A stretch of DNA of 55,903 nt from NCBI GenBank assembly GCA_046483305.1, contig JAWODM010000065.1, positions 1 through 55,903 of the forward strand. Direction: 5' to 3'. Origin of the DNA: Candidatus Krumholzibacteriales bacterium (lineage in GTDB: Bacteria > Krumholzibacteriota > Krumholzibacteriia > Krumholzibacteriales > WJIX01). The notes below the pieces were generated by a model. The model worked only from the letters and a program-made list of their open reading frames with translations, did not search any database and was not told where the DNA came from. The position numbers were made by a program, and so were the translations under genes. Of the stretch, positions 37,381 to 48,296 are shown in pieces (position 1 is the stretch's first letter; the number at the start of each line of letters is the position of its first letter).

Positions 37381-37872
37381 TCAGACAGGTTCATCTTTGC
37401 TCTTCTTGCTTATAAGCATGGATACACCTATCGCTATCAGCGCCACCGGCCAGAGGTACCTGAGCCAGGAGAAGCTCTGGAGCAGGAAGATTATTCCCAG
37501 CGCGGAAAGTATGAAGGCCGGGATAAGAAGCCCCCGGTCGTGTTTACCCAGGAGATACATTCCGAACATCCCCAGGGCCGGCGCAAGCAGGAAGAACGGC
37601 CATATCTGCTCCATTTCATCCCAGCCGTATCTGCTGCAGTATATGAACATGAACCCCACCACCAGGAATATGGTGCCCGGCATTATCAATCCGTATTTGC
37701 TCCTGTCGGCCAGGAATCCTATCCAGAAGATAATCCCGACCAGCAGGATTATATATGCCCAGAAATTTTCCCATTTGAAATCAATAGCGCCGAAGTTGTT
37801 CAAAAGAAATATTATTCCCAGGGTAATAATGATAAGGCCCGGGACTACTGACCGCCTGGTTCCCTCTGACAT
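37381..37872 (-). CDS. LiaI/LiaF-like multi-TM membrane protein
   Basis: GLIIITLGIIFLLNNFG, repeated WP motifs, fully hydrophobic. Confidence 0.7.
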   Translation of the reverse strand: MSEGTRRSVVPGLIIITLGIIFLLNNFGAIDFKWENFWAYIILLVGIIFWIGFLADRSKYGLIMPGTIFLVVGFMFIYCSRYGWDEMEQIWPFFLLAPALGMFGMYLLGKHDRGLLIPAFILSALGIIFLLQSFSWLRYLWPVALIAIGVSMLISKKSKDEPV

Positions 37873-38003
37873 CCTGATCCTCCTTTGCAGGCCGATTGCG
37901 CCTCAACCGGCACAAAGCAATTTGATAAATATTGTTCTGCACCGCAGGTAAAATATTACTGTACCGTATATTCTACTATTACGCGAGATTATGGGCAATG
38001 TTT

Positions 38004-39131
38004 CTATTTTTTTCTGTCCAGAATTTCAATCACCCTGTTTATCTCCTCGATGCTGTTGTAAAAATGAGGGCTGACCCTTACCGCGCCCTCTCTCAGACTG
38101 ACGATGATATTATTGGAAATGAGGCTTTCATATATGCCGGCGGGGCCGTGCCCGGGGTGTGTAAACGAAAGTATCCCCGACCGTTCTTCTTCGCCGAGGG
38201 GGCTCTTTATTGTATAACCTCTTTCGGCAAGAGACCGGGCGAGCGTTCCGGTCAGTTCCCTTATCCGCTCTTCCACCCGATTCATCCCGATTTCCAGAAA
38301 TCTCTCCAGTGAAGCTCCAAGGGCCGCTATCCCGGCGGCATTGAGCGTTCCTTCTTCGAACCTGGTGCCGTCACGCCTGTATTCGAAACGGTAATCCAGA
38401 AAATTCATGAAGTCCTGTACTCCGGTCCATCCCGGATTCGGTATCTCCAGCTCTTCGGCAAGCTCTTTCCGGCAGTAGAAAATACCCGCTCCGCCCAGAG
38501 AAAGGAGCCATTTGTGCCCTCCCGCGGAAAGAAAGTCGACCTTGACCTTCCCGAGATCGGTATTCACCGCTCCCAGCCCCTGAATGCCGTCTACATGAAG
38601 CAGAATTCCCTGTTCCCGGCAGAAGTTACCCAGCTCTTCGAGATTAATCCTGTAGCCGTTGCTGAACTGTACCAGGCTGACCGTTACCATCCTGGTGCGG
38701 CTGTCGCAGTTCTCCATCAAAGCTTCGGAGGTTACCCTCCCTCCGGCGGGAGGAACCATCCGGATCTCCACTCCTTTCTTTTTCAGGGCCATCCAGGGAT
38801 ACACATTGGCGGGAAATTCTATCGAAGGCAATACCACGTTGTCGCCGCTGTTCCACTGCACGGCGCCGGCTGCCAGGAGAACTCCCGAGGTGGTGTTGGC
38901 TATGAAACTTATTTCTTCGCGGGAAGCTCCGATAAGTTCAGCCGCGTTCTCCCTGACCTTCTCGATCTCTTCTTTTACCGTTTCGAAACAAAGCCCTCCC
39001 TCTTCCATGAAAAGACGGACTGTCCGGTCTACTCTGTCTCTGATCCTGGCAGAGAGGGGACCAACCGCGGCATGGTTCAGGTAGATATATTTCTCAGTTA
39101 TGGGAAACTCGGATCTGAATTCTTGCCACAA
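38004..39131 (-). CDS. Class V PLP-dependent aminotransferase-fold enzyme
   Basis: YLNHAAVGP, NTT, EFPAN, DGIQGLG, GGHKWLL, EEGTLN, RVSPHFYN. Likely start TTG39131 after AAGGAG. Confidence 0.92.
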   Translation of the reverse strand: MWQEFRSEFPITEKYIYLNHAAVGPLSARIRDRVDRTVRLFMEEGGLCFETVKEEIEKVRENAAELIGASREEISFIANTTSGVLLAAGAVQWNSGDNVVLPSIEFPANVYPWMALKKKGVEIRMVPPAGGRVTSEALMENCDSRTRMVTVSLVQFSNGYRINLEELGNFCREQGILLHVDGIQGLGAVNTDLGKVKVDFLSAGGHKWLLSLGGAGIFYCRKELAEELEIPNPGWTGVQDFMNFLDYRFEYRRDGTRFEEGTLNAAGIAALGASLERFLEIGMNRVEERIRELTGTLARSLAERGYTIKSPLGEEERSGILSFTHPGHGPAGIYESLISNNIIVSLREGAVRVSPHFYNSIEEINRVIEILDRKK

Positions 39132-39342
39132 AATAAAAATCTCCTTCAGGGTAAAAATCAAATTCAATCTCGTGATTGATTCTCGCAGATAGTGGCCCCG
39201 GGGCTCAAGAAGAAAATAGACGCCGCTCAGGGCGGGTATGAGTTATCTCTTTCAGCTATTTAGCGGATGACAAGTATTCCGGTATCATCTATAATTCAAC
39301 CCTGAATTTCAATTGAGATCGGGTTTATGGAGGGTAGCTATT

Positions 39343-41937
39343 ATGAAAAAGTTTCTGTTCTCTATTCTTATTTTGTTCTTTGTCTGCTCCAGGGCTTTTT
39401 CGGCCGGACTTACCCCGCCCGAGTCCTTCTTCGGGTTCAAGCCCGGCGCGGAAGGCAGGATGTTCGATTACGGGGAACTGATAAGTTACCTTGAACAACT
39501 GGATGAAAAGTCGCCGCGGCTGAAAATGGCAAGGATTGGCGAATCACCCCTGGGAAGGGATATGTATATAGCATTCATTTCTACAGCTGACAATATTCAG
39601 AGCCTGGATGAGCTGGTGGAGATTAACAGGGCCCTGGCACTTCGGAATGATCTGTCCGAAGAGCAGCTCAGAGATATGATCGGGCGGGGGAAGGTTTTCT
39701 TCGCAGCCACTCTTTCCATGCACTCCAACGAAGTGGGGCCTTCCCAGGCGGCGCCGGAAATCGCTTATACCCTGGTCAGCGGAGAGAGCCCGGAGGCGAA
39801 CCGCTGGCTGGGAGATGTGGTTTATATGATGGTTCCGTGCCATAATCCCGACGGAATGGACATGGTGGTAAAGCATTACCGCAAGTATGCCGGCACCAAA
39901 TATGAGGGGAGCCGGATGCCGGGCGTTTACCATAAGTACGTAGGGCATGACAACAACCGTGATTTTCTCGCTCTCACCCAGAGCGATACCAGAGCTGTCT
40001 CTTTTATATTCAGCAGGGACTGGTTCCCTCAGGTGATGGTGGAAAAGCACCAGATGGGTTCAAGCGGGGTCAGGTATTTCGTTCCGCCGAATCATGATCC
40101 GATAGCGGTCAATATTGACGCGGGTATCTGGAACTGGAGCGGTATATTCGGGGCCAACATGATGAAGGATATGACTGCTCAAGAGCAGGCCGGTGTGTCA
40201 CAGCATTATCTTTTTGACGATTACTGGCCGGGCTCGACTGAGACTTGCATATGGAAGAATGTAATAGGGTTTCTCACCGAATGCGCCAGCGCTCAGTACG
40301 CCAGACCGGTTTACGTTGAGCCCGGGGAGCTGAGCGTTATCGGGAAGGGGCTCTCGGAATACGAAAAGAGCATAAATATGCCGATGCCCTGGAAAGGCGG
40401 ATGGTGGAAGCTCTCCGATATCGTCGACTACGAGATAGTTTCTACTCTTTCGGTGATCAAGACCTGCAGCCTGCACCGGGAAGATATTCTGGCCTTCAGA
40501 AACGAACTCTGCGTACGGGAGGTGGAGAGGGGGAAGGGGCATTATTTCATACTCCCCGCCGAACAGCATGACAGGACCGCTTTCGCCGGACTGGTTAACC
40601 TGATGCTGGACCACGGCGCGGAGGTCTGGAGACTGGATTCCGAGAGAGTAATTGAAGGAAGAGTCTATGGTGAGGGATCCATAGTGATACCCCTGGCCCA
40701 GCCTTTCAGGCCTTTTATTAAGGAGGTTCTGGAACGCCAGGATTATCCCGAGCGCCATTACACCCCCGGCGGAGAGATGATAAAGCCTTACGAAATAACC
40801 AGCTGGTCTTTTCCGCTCTGCAGGGGAGTGGACTGCGTGGAGCTGAAGACAGAACCGGCCGGTCTGGCCGGAGCGGTAAGCGAGGTGAGCCCTCCTTTCA
40901 ACCTGCTTGACGGCAGCGGCGATAAGTACGGCAGGGTTATTCTCCCCGCATCCGACAACGGAAGCTACCGGGCTGCTTTCAGGGCCCTGGAGCTGGGCCT
41001 CGATGTATGGAGGCTGAACCGGCGGTTTGATGAGCGGGCTGGAAAAGGCAGTTTCTACATTGACCTTTCCGGAGCCGGCGGGGAAGATGCCGAAGCTGTC
41101 GTCTCCGGGCTGGATGCGGAACCTGTAACTGTGGACAGCGAACCGGAATTGGAGAAGTACAGTCTGGAAATGCCAGAAATAGGACTGGTGGAGACCTGGT
41201 TCCATGATATGGATGCCGGATGGACCAGGTATGTCTTCGACAGCTATAATATCCCCTACCGGGTAATCCGCCCGGCGGATATATCCGATACCGACCTTGA
41301 AGATGATTTCGACCTGCTGGTATTCGCGGACCGGAACAGCTCGGTCTTTCTCAGCGGAAAGTACAAGGGGCGGCGTTACGGCAGGGAATACCTGCCGGGA
41401 TACCCCCCTGAATACAGAAAGGGGATGGGCAAGGAGGGCCAGCGAAAACTGCTCAAATTCATAGATGAAGGCGGCAGGGTTGTCTCATGGGGTGGATCGG
41501 TGGGGCTGTTCGAGGGGATTCTGACCATTGAGGAAGAGGGCGAAGAGTTTCAGCTTCCCTTTAATGATATATCGGAGGATTTGAAGAAGAAGGGGCTTTA
41601 TGTAGCCGGAACCACCATCCGTGTCAGAATAAGAGAGGATCATCCCATAACCTGGGGGATGCAGAGCGAGATTGGAATTCTCTACAGCGGCGGGCCGGTA
41701 TTTTCCACATCGATACCCCGCTTCGATATGGATAGAAAGGTGATTGTGAGTTTCGCCCCGGATGACCTGGTGATGAGCGGGTACGGCGAGAAGGTCGAAT
41801 TGCTGGAGAAGAAATCCGCGGCGCTATGGATGAAGAAAGGAGAGGGAGATCTGATACTTTTCGGGTTCCGCCCCCAGTTCAGAGCGCAGACCGAGGTTAC
41901 CTTCAAGCTTCTCTTTAATTCGATACTTCTGCCTTAA
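39343..41937 (+). CDS. Secreted M14 zinc carboxypeptidase-family protein
   Basis: ATG39343 after GGAGG; signal peptide; MHSNE, NPDG, DNNRD, EKHQM; C-terminal GWTRYVFD...FRPQFR region. Confidence 0.9.
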   Translation: MKKFLFSILILFFVCSRAFSAGLTPPESFFGFKPGAEGRMFDYGELISYLEQLDEKSPRLKMARIGESPLGRDMYIAFISTADNIQSLDELVEINRALALRNDLSEEQLRDMIGRGKVFFAATLSMHSNEVGPSQAAPEIAYTLVSGESPEANRWLGDVVYMMVPCHNPDGMDMVVKHYRKYAGTKYEGSRMPGVYHKYVGHDNNRDFLALTQSDTRAVSFIFSRDWFPQVMVEKHQMGSSGVRYFVPPNHDPIAVNIDAGIWNWSGIFGANMMKDMTAQEQAGVSQHYLFDDYWPGSTETCIWKNVIGFLTECASAQYARPVYVEPGELSVIGKGLSEYEKSINMPMPWKGGWWKLSDIVDYEIVSTLSVIKTCSLHREDILAFRNELCVREVERGKGHYFILPAEQHDRTAFAGLVNLMLDHGAEVWRLDSERVIEGRVYGEGSIVIPLAQPFRPFIKEVLERQDYPERHYTPGGEMIKPYEITSWSFPLCRGVDCVELKTEPAGLAGAVSEVSPPFNLLDGSGDKYGRVILPASDNGSYRAAFRALELGLDVWRLNRRFDERAGKGSFYIDLSGAGGEDAEAVVSGLDAEPVTVDSEPELEKYSLEMPEIGLVETWFHDMDAGWTRYVFDSYNIPYRVIRPADISDTDLEDDFDLLVFADRNSSVFLSGKYKGRRYGREYLPGYPPEYRKGMGKEGQRKLLKFIDEGGRVVSWGGSVGLFEGILTIEEEGEEFQLPFNDISEDLKKKGLYVAGTTIRVRIREDHPITWGMQSEIGILYSGGPVFSTSIPRFDMDRKVIVSFAPDDLVMSGYGEKVELLEKKSAALWMKKGEGDLILFGFRPQFRAQTEVTFKLLFNSILLP

Positions 41938-42073
41938 GGGGTAGAGGATTCCGGGTCCTGAAATATGCCGATGGATGCTCAGCAGGCAGCGGGCGGCCGC
42001 AATCGATCCCTTTACTTACCATCGATTAATGCGTAAATTACGGTAAAGGTACTTTTCAGAAGGACTGCCGATT

Positions 42074-43870
42074 ATGTCGAATATTCGAAATTTCAGTATA
42101 GTAGCTCATATCGATCACGGCAAATCGACCCTGGCGGACCGTTTTATTCAGCATATGGGGATGGTTTCCGATCGCGCCTTTCATGATCAGCTTCTCGACG
42201 ACATGGACCTGGAGCGGGAGCGCGGTATAACCATAAAGAGCCAGACGGTAAGGCTGCCCTATAAAGCCAGGGACGGAAAGGATTATATTCTCAACCTCAT
42301 CGATACCCCCGGCCATGTTGATTTCTCCTACGAGGTTTCCAGGGCTCTGGCGGCCTGCGAGGGGATTCTGCTTCTGGTGGACGCGGCCCAGGGGGTGGAA
42401 GCCCAGACAGTGGCCAACCTTTATGCAGCTATGGAACATGACCTGACCATAATACCGGTTATAAATAAGATTGACCTTGATTCGGCGGATGTGGAGAGGG
42501 TGCGCGAAGAGATTGAGAACGAGCTGGGGCTGGATGCCGGCGAAGCTCTTCTCTGTTCAGCCAAGGAAGGTACCGGGATAGAGGATCTGCTGGAGGCTAT
42601 CGTGGAGAGGATACCTCCCGCCGGGACAGATAATGAGAGCAGCCTGAAAGCCCTGATCTTCGACGCCAACTACGACCCTTACCGAGGATCGGTGATAAGC
42701 TGCAGGATCAACAGGGGAATAGTCAAAGAGGGCGATGAAATCAAGCTGATGTCCATAGATTCTGTCCACACCGTTGAAGAGGTGGGGATATTCAAACTGA
42801 AGATGGAAAAACAGAAGAGCCTGAGCGCCGGCGAGGTCGGCTACATTATCGCCGGGATCAAGAATATAAGCGATACCAGGATAGGGGATACTATTGTCCT
42901 TGCTTCAGATCAGTCCACCGACCCTCTTCCGGGGTTCAAGGATGTCAAACCGATGGTTTTCTCCTCCATATATCCTATTGAGAGAGATAACGTTGGAGCC
43001 CTGGACGATGCCATAAGCCGGTACAAATTGAATGACGCTTCGCTGACCTATGAAAGGGATTCCTCGGCGTCTCTGGGACAGGGATTCAGGTGCGGGTTCC
43101 TGGGCCTTCTTCATCTGGATATCTTTCAGCAGCGGCTGGAGAGGGAATTTGATGTTTCGGTGATAATGACCGCGCCCAGCGTGGAATATAAATTCGTGCT
43201 TAACGGCGGCGAAGAGATATCGGTGCAGAACCCTCAGTACTACCCCGAGGAAAACGAAATAGAGAAGTCTCTGGAGCCTTTCGTACGGGCCAGTATACTG
43301 ATACCGGACAGTTATATGGGCTCGGTAATGAAGCTCTGCCTGAACAGGAGGGGGGGCAATCCCCGCTACCACTATGTTGGAACCGGGAGGATGGAGGTCA
43401 TAATTGAAATGCCTCTTGCCGAGATTATCTATGATTTCTACGACCGGCTGAAGAGTATAACCCGCGGTTACGGAACCTTCGACTACGAGTTCATCGAATA
43501 CAGAGAAGAGAACCTGGTAAAGGTTGATTTTCTGGTGAACGGCGAGAAGGTGGACGCTCTGTCGATAATCGTACACAGGGACCGGGCCAGGCAGAGAGGG
43601 CTGGAGATCTGCGAGGGACTGATGAAGGAAATCCCCAAGCACATGTTCAAGATACCGATACAGGCCGCCATCGGAAGGAATATAGTAGCGCGCAAGACCA
43701 TATCGGCTCTACGCAAGGATGTCACCGCCAAGTGCTATGGGGGAGACGTTACCAGGAAGAGAAAGCTGCTGGAGAAACAGGCTGAGGGTAAGAAGAGGAT
43801 GAAGATGGTGGGTAAGGTAATGATACCGCAGAGCGCTTTCGTATCCGTTCTGAAGACCAATGAAGACTGA
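42074..43870 (+). CDS. lepA: Elongation factor 4 (LepA)
   Basis: AHIDHGKSTLAD, ERERGITIK, DTPGH, NKID, GFRCGFLGLLH, KCYGGD.TRK.KLL. Confidence 0.98.
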   Translation: MSNIRNFSIVAHIDHGKSTLADRFIQHMGMVSDRAFHDQLLDDMDLERERGITIKSQTVRLPYKARDGKDYILNLIDTPGHVDFSYEVSRALAACEGILLLVDAAQGVEAQTVANLYAAMEHDLTIIPVINKIDLDSADVERVREEIENELGLDAGEALLCSAKEGTGIEDLLEAIVERIPPAGTDNESSLKALIFDANYDPYRGSVISCRINRGIVKEGDEIKLMSIDSVHTVEEVGIFKLKMEKQKSLSAGEVGYIIAGIKNISDTRIGDTIVLASDQSTDPLPGFKDVKPMVFSSIYPIERDNVGALDDAISRYKLNDASLTYERDSSASLGQGFRCGFLGLLHLDIFQQRLEREFDVSVIMTAPSVEYKFVLNGGEEISVQNPQYYPEENEIEKSLEPFVRASILIPDSYMGSVMKLCLNRRGGNPRYHYVGTGRMEVIIEMPLAEIIYDFYDRLKSITRGYGTFDYEFIEYREENLVKVDFLVNGEKVDALSIIVHRDRARQRGLEICEGLMKEIPKHMFKIPIQAAIGRNIVARKTISALRKDVTAKCYGGDVTRKRKLLEKQAEGKKRMKMVGKVMIPQSAFVSVLKTNED

Positions 43871-44969
43871 TAACCTGCCCGGCCTCTATATTCACATACC
43901 ATTCTGCGAGCAGAAATGCGCTTACTGTGATTTCTTCTCCGAGCCTCCCGCCGGGCGGCTGGAGAGCTGGAAGGACGCTCTGCTGAGGGAGGTGCGCAGG
44001 CATGCCGGTTTCGCTCCCCTGTTCGGATCGCTGTATATCGGCGGAGGGACGCCATCTCTTCTTCCCCCTGATATGCTGGCCGGGATTACCGGGCGGATAA
44101 CGGATATTTATGATTTTGACGATTCGGCGGAGGTTACCGTCGAGTTGAATCCGGAGCATGTAACCCCTGATTTCATAAGTTTTCTTCAGGATACGGGGTT
44201 TAACCGGCTCAGCCTGGGAATTCAGTCATTCAGGGATGATGAACTGGAATTTCTGGGTAGGCGTCACAGGGGAGCTGATTCGGAAAGGGCTCTGGAGATC
44301 TGCATGGGGTCGGGGATCGGTAATGTAAGTATAGACCTGATCTATGCGCTCCGCGGGCAGAGCCTCAGGCAGTGGGAGTATAACCTCAAGCGCGCGTTGA
44401 CCTTCCGTCCGGACCATCTCTCATGCTATCAGCTGACGGTAAAGGAGGGCACCGTCCTGGGGGAACTGGCCGAAAGGGGGGAGGTCTCTCTTCCGCCGGA
44501 GGAAGTTCAGCGGGAGATGTTTATTGCCGCTTCCGGTACCCTGAGGGGGGCGGGCTACTCACACTACGAAGTTTCCAGCTTCCGGCTGGGCGCCAGCGGA
44601 TCCCGCCACAACCGGCTCTACTGGAGGCACCTGCCGTACCTGGGCCTGGGCCCTTCCGCTCATTCCTTCGACGGGAGTTGCAGGTGGTGGAACAGCCGGT
44701 CCCTGGATGAATATATCCGTGATTCTGAGGGTGGGCCGGCGGGAGTGGAAAAGCTTTCTCCCGCGCAGCTTGACCTGGAGAAGATATTCCTGGGGTTGAG
44801 GACATCCGAAGGGGTGGACCTCGAGCTGGCCGCCGGCTACAGCAGCGGCGAAGGGGTGATAGAGATGCTTGCTGAGAATGGACTGGCAGAGGTCCGGGGC
44901 GGGAGGCTGGTACCCACGCTGGAAGGTTACCTGTTTTCGGATAGTATCCCTCTTTATTTTACCGGGTGA
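43860..44969 (+). CDS. hemW: Radical SAM heme chaperone HemW
   Basis: YIHIPFCEQKCAYCDF, GGGTPS, HYEVS, HN..YW; conserved lepA-hemW pairing. Confidence 0.92.
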   Translation: MKTDNLPGLYIHIPFCEQKCAYCDFFSEPPAGRLESWKDALLREVRRHAGFAPLFGSLYIGGGTPSLLPPDMLAGITGRITDIYDFDDSAEVTVELNPEHVTPDFISFLQDTGFNRLSLGIQSFRDDELEFLGRRHRGADSERALEICMGSGIGNVSIDLIYALRGQSLRQWEYNLKRALTFRPDHLSCYQLTVKEGTVLGELAERGEVSLPPEEVQREMFIAASGTLRGAGYSHYEVSSFRLGASGSRHNRLYWRHLPYLGLGPSAHSFDGSCRWWNSRSLDEYIRDSEGGPAGVEKLSPAQLDLEKIFLGLRTSEGVDLELAAGYSSGEGVIEMLAENGLAEVRGGRLVPTLEGYLFSDSIPLYFTG

Positions 44970-45013
44970 AATGAATATTAATTGAACCTGGCAATATCCA
45001 GCCCCGCCGGTGG

Positions 45014-47029
45014 TCAGCGGATCAGGACCATCTTTCTGGTAAGGTTTTTCCCGCCGGTCTTCAGTCTATACAGGTAGATCCCGGATGAAACTTCCCTTCC
45101 TGAGCGGTTCGTGCCGTTCCAGGTTACTGTGTGGGTTCCCGCCTGGAATTCCCTGTCGGCGACGGTATCTATGAGCCTTCCCCGGATATCGAATACGGAA
45201 ATATTTGCCCTTCCGGTTTCAGGTATGCTGAAACGGATCCTGGTAGAGGGGTTGAAGGGATTGGGGAAGTTCTGCTCCAGGGTTGCGATATCCGGCACAG
45301 GCGAGGAAGAGTCGTCTGTTATCTCCGTCTTGTAGCACAGGATCCAGTTATCGGGATCGAGCTCCACATTCTGAACGGAGTTTCCGGTTGCAATCAGGAA
45401 CGATTCCTGTTGTTCATCCACCCACAGAACAGTGTCGATAACCCCGGCTGAGGTATTGATTCGGAAATCCACCGGCATGGTATACGGTGGGCTCTGAGTC
45501 TGACTAACACCAATTGAGAGTACGGTATCCCCCTGAGAGGGATAAGTGTACCAGGACCACTGGTAAGCCGGCCGGTCTTCCCTGGTAAGCCAGGGGTCAA
45601 AGAACCAGTCCAGCTCATCCCCGTAGTGATCCTCGCACAGCTGAATAAACTCCTCGGTGTTTATATCGGAATGCCTGTAGCGTGGATCCGAGGTGTAGGC
45701 CGGGATCATTGCGAAGAAGGTGCTGTCTCCGGCTATGTGCCGGAACATGTGAATCACCCAGGAAGCCTTGTCGTAAACCACCGAATTGAAATAGTACCAG
45801 GGATTGTCGTTGTCCGGATCCCTGAGTATCGGCCCGTCCCAGTAATACGGGTTATCCTGGCTCTCCATCCATGCCCGCAGTCCGCTGCTGCCGCCGAGGT
45901 GTTCCTCCCAGAGGGCTTCGGTGTAACTGGCCCACCCCTCATTCAGCCAGATATGCTCCCAGCTCTCCGGGGAGATGCAGTCTCCGAACCACTGGTGTCC
46001 CAGCTCATGTACGTATATCCAGTCGTAATAGTGATCGCCCCTCACCAGGCCGAGGCCGTAGCTGGTCAGGGTCTGATGCTCCATTCCGCCCCCGAGATTG
46101 CATAGGGCCACCCCGTATTTCTCATCAACATACGGATAGAGGCCGTATATCGATGACAGGAATTGGAGGGCGGGGACCGCTATACTCAGATCCTCTTCGG
46201 CGGCTGTCACCTTGGACGGGGGAACGAAGTTCTGTACCAGCATGCTCTCTCCAGGGGCATATTCCCAGTATTCTTCCATGATGGTATAGTCGCCTGCCGC
46301 TATAGAGGCCAGGTAGGTGGTCATGGGGTAAGATTCTTCCCAGTGATATTTTTTATACTGCCTGCCCCATTCCGTCTCAGATGTGTAACCCTTATAATTA
46401 CCGTTTGACGCGGCAAAGAGGTAAGAGGGCACCGAAAAATAGATATCGAAAGTTGCCTTGTCATCAGGATAATCCTTACAGGGCCACCAGGTCCGGGCGC
46501 TCCAGGGCTCGCTGAGGCTCCATATCAGGGAGGTTCCGTCGTAACTGTCAAAAGAGAGCCCGCTGTTGCCGGCTGTTTCGGGATAACCTTCGTAATCGAT
46601 CTCGATATCCATACTGTCCCCTTCGGCCAGAGTTGTATCCAGGTCTATACTCACCACGTCGCCGTAAATGGAATAACCGAGGGGGCCGCCTGTGGAGGAC
46701 TGTACGCCTGTTATGGAAAGAGCCTTATCCGCGTTGATATCAACTGAATCAAGGCCGGAAACCAGGCTTTTAAACGATATGGTGACAGCGCCGGCTACAT
46801 AGGCGCTGGAATCGTCGAAAGCAATATCCATGGCATAATGAGTAACATCGAAATAATTCTGGTTATCGGTAGGGTCCGGGGCGGCGGGCATTTTCCCGGG
46901 CGAGCTGTAGAGGGCTCGCATATAATCGGCTTTCCGGATAATACTGCGGTGCGCTTCCTCATACCTGGATTGAGCTGATATAATGGAAGGGAGCAGAAGT
47001 ATGAGCAGTATAAATCTTATTTTTTTCAT
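45014..47029 (-). CDS. Secreted M1 aminopeptidase with FlgD/T9SS-type CTD
   Basis: GGMEHQ, HELGHQWFGD, WLNEGWA, VYDK; CTD QNFPNPFNP...SSGIYLY...KMVLIR. Confidence 0.93.
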   Translation of the reverse strand: MKKIRFILLILLLPSIISAQSRYEEAHRSIIRKADYMRALYSSPGKMPAAPDPTDNQNYFDVTHYAMDIAFDDSSAYVAGAVTISFKSLVSGLDSVDINADKALSITGVQSSTGGPLGYSIYGDVVSIDLDTTLAEGDSMDIEIDYEGYPETAGNSGLSFDSYDGTSLIWSLSEPWSARTWWPCKDYPDDKATFDIYFSVPSYLFAASNGNYKGYTSETEWGRQYKKYHWEESYPMTTYLASIAAGDYTIMEEYWEYAPGESMLVQNFVPPSKVTAAEEDLSIAVPALQFLSSIYGLYPYVDEKYGVALCNLGGGMEHQTLTSYGLGLVRGDHYYDWIYVHELGHQWFGDCISPESWEHIWLNEGWASYTEALWEEHLGGSSGLRAWMESQDNPYYWDGPILRDPDNDNPWYYFNSVVYDKASWVIHMFRHIAGDSTFFAMIPAYTSDPRYRHSDINTEEFIQLCEDHYGDELDWFFDPWLTREDRPAYQWSWYTYPSQGDTVLSIGVSQTQSPPYTMPVDFRINTSAGVIDTVLWVDEQQESFLIATGNSVQNVELDPDNWILCYKTEITDDSSSPVPDIATLEQNFPNPFNPSTRIRFSIPETGRANISVFDIRGRLIDTVADREFQAGTHTVTWNGTNRSGREVSSGIYLYRLKTGGKNLTRKMVLIR

Positions 47030-47168
47030 TATATAGGTCTTCCGTTAACGTCAGGCCATACACAATAATTATAACACATCAGAATGCCGTTTACAATTCA
47101 GGGGGATCCGGTAAGGGCCTGTCAATGGTGCCGCGGGAGGCCGGCTCAATTCTTTCGGGGGTATGATA

Positions 47169-48296
47169 TCAGTACCATCCGTTTGCCCTCTCCAGCCTTC
47201 CGGTTACTTCCCGGCCGCCTTCCACGGTATAATAGAAATCGTGCATCGCCCCGGTGGCGCAGGCGTGATTGGGGAGTATCCGCAGCTTTGATCCTATAGC
47301 GAACCTTCCGTAGTCGGGAGTCAGCCCCGATATGCTTGATATAATTCCGTGTTCCTGGCTGGTTGATGAGACTATGAGATCCTGCAGCCGGTTCCCTTCG
47401 ATATCACAGGCGGCCCCGAACCCGCGGCCGTCATTTCCCGGCCGGGCGTTTGAAAGAGCCATCCAGCCGGCATCGGTGATAAGCCAGCCCTTTCTCTTCT
47501 GGTAACCGGTGATTGACGTAAGCACGGATAACGCTATTTCGTCCAGTGAGCATACGCCCAGCTCCGCCATCATCAGGTCCTGGAATATGAAAACACCGGC
47601 CCTGATTTCGGTAACGCCGTCAAGGTTCCGGGCCATGAAGGCGGTGGGAGTGGAGCCCACGCTTACCACCGGGCAGTTGAAACCTGCCTTTCGAAGCCTC
47701 CCGGCCGCATGAACCGCCGCGCTTCTTTCGCTTTCCGCTACCGCCCTGATGCCGTCCGGCGAATCGGAGTGGTAGGAACCGCCCGCATGGGTTAGAACGC
47801 CCTCCAGCTCCGCCCCGCCGCTTTTTTCAGCCAGCTTCCCCAGTTCTATCAGCAGGGGATCGCCGGAGTTTATCCCGGCCCTCTCACCGTCACAGTCTAT
47901 CTCAATCAGGAAAGGGAAGTTCAGTTTGTATTTCTTCCCCGCGCTTATTACCGCTTCCAGCTGCTCCACGGTGTCCAGGATGACTCTGATCCGGGCCCCG
48001 TGCCGGATAAGCTTCGCTACCACAGCCAGTTTGAAAGGGTCGATCCCTACCGCGTAAGTTATGTCCCTGATACCGTTGCTGAAATAATAGTCCGCTTCTC
48101 TCAGAGTGGATACAGTTATCCCCCCCGGCTGGTTCTTCAGAGCCGGCCTGATAAGATCAATATTCTTTACTGTTTTTCCATGGGGGCGCAGTCCCGCATC
48201 GAATCTCTCCAGCCGTTTGTGGAGAGACTCGATATTTCCTCTGACCCTTGTCAGGTCGACAACACAGCAGGGGGTTTGCAGTTCGGAAAGGTCCAT
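47169..48296 (-). CDS. DSD1/D-threonine aldolase-family PLP enzyme (alanine racemase fold)
   Basis: RPHGKT, THAG.SY, VGSTPT, EIRAG, QEHG, PNHACAT. Confidence 0.9.
   Translation of the reverse strand: MDLSELQTPCCVVDLTRVRGNIESLHKRLERFDAGLRPHGKTVKNIDLIRPALKNQPGGITVSTLREADYYFSNGIRDITYAVGIDPFKLAVVAKLIRHGARIRVILDTVEQLEAVISAGKKYKLNFPFLIEIDCDGERAGINSGDPLLIELGKLAEKSGGAELEGVLTHAGGSYHSDSPDGIRAVAESERSAAVHAAGRLRKAGFNCPVVSVGSTPTAFMARNLDGVTEIRAGVFIFQDLMMAELGVCSLDEIALSVLTSITGYQKRKGWLITDAGWMALSNARPGNDGRGFGAACDIEGNRLQDLIVSSTSQEHGIISSISGLTPDYGRFAIGSKLRILPNHACATGAMHDFYYTVEGGREVTGRLERANGWY

Noticed and set aside
38004..39131. Cysteine desulfurase or selenocysteine lyase linked to the selenoproteins
   Set aside because: The catalytic Cys loop (RxGxHCA or SSGSAC) is absent; the region reads SLREGAVRVSPH.
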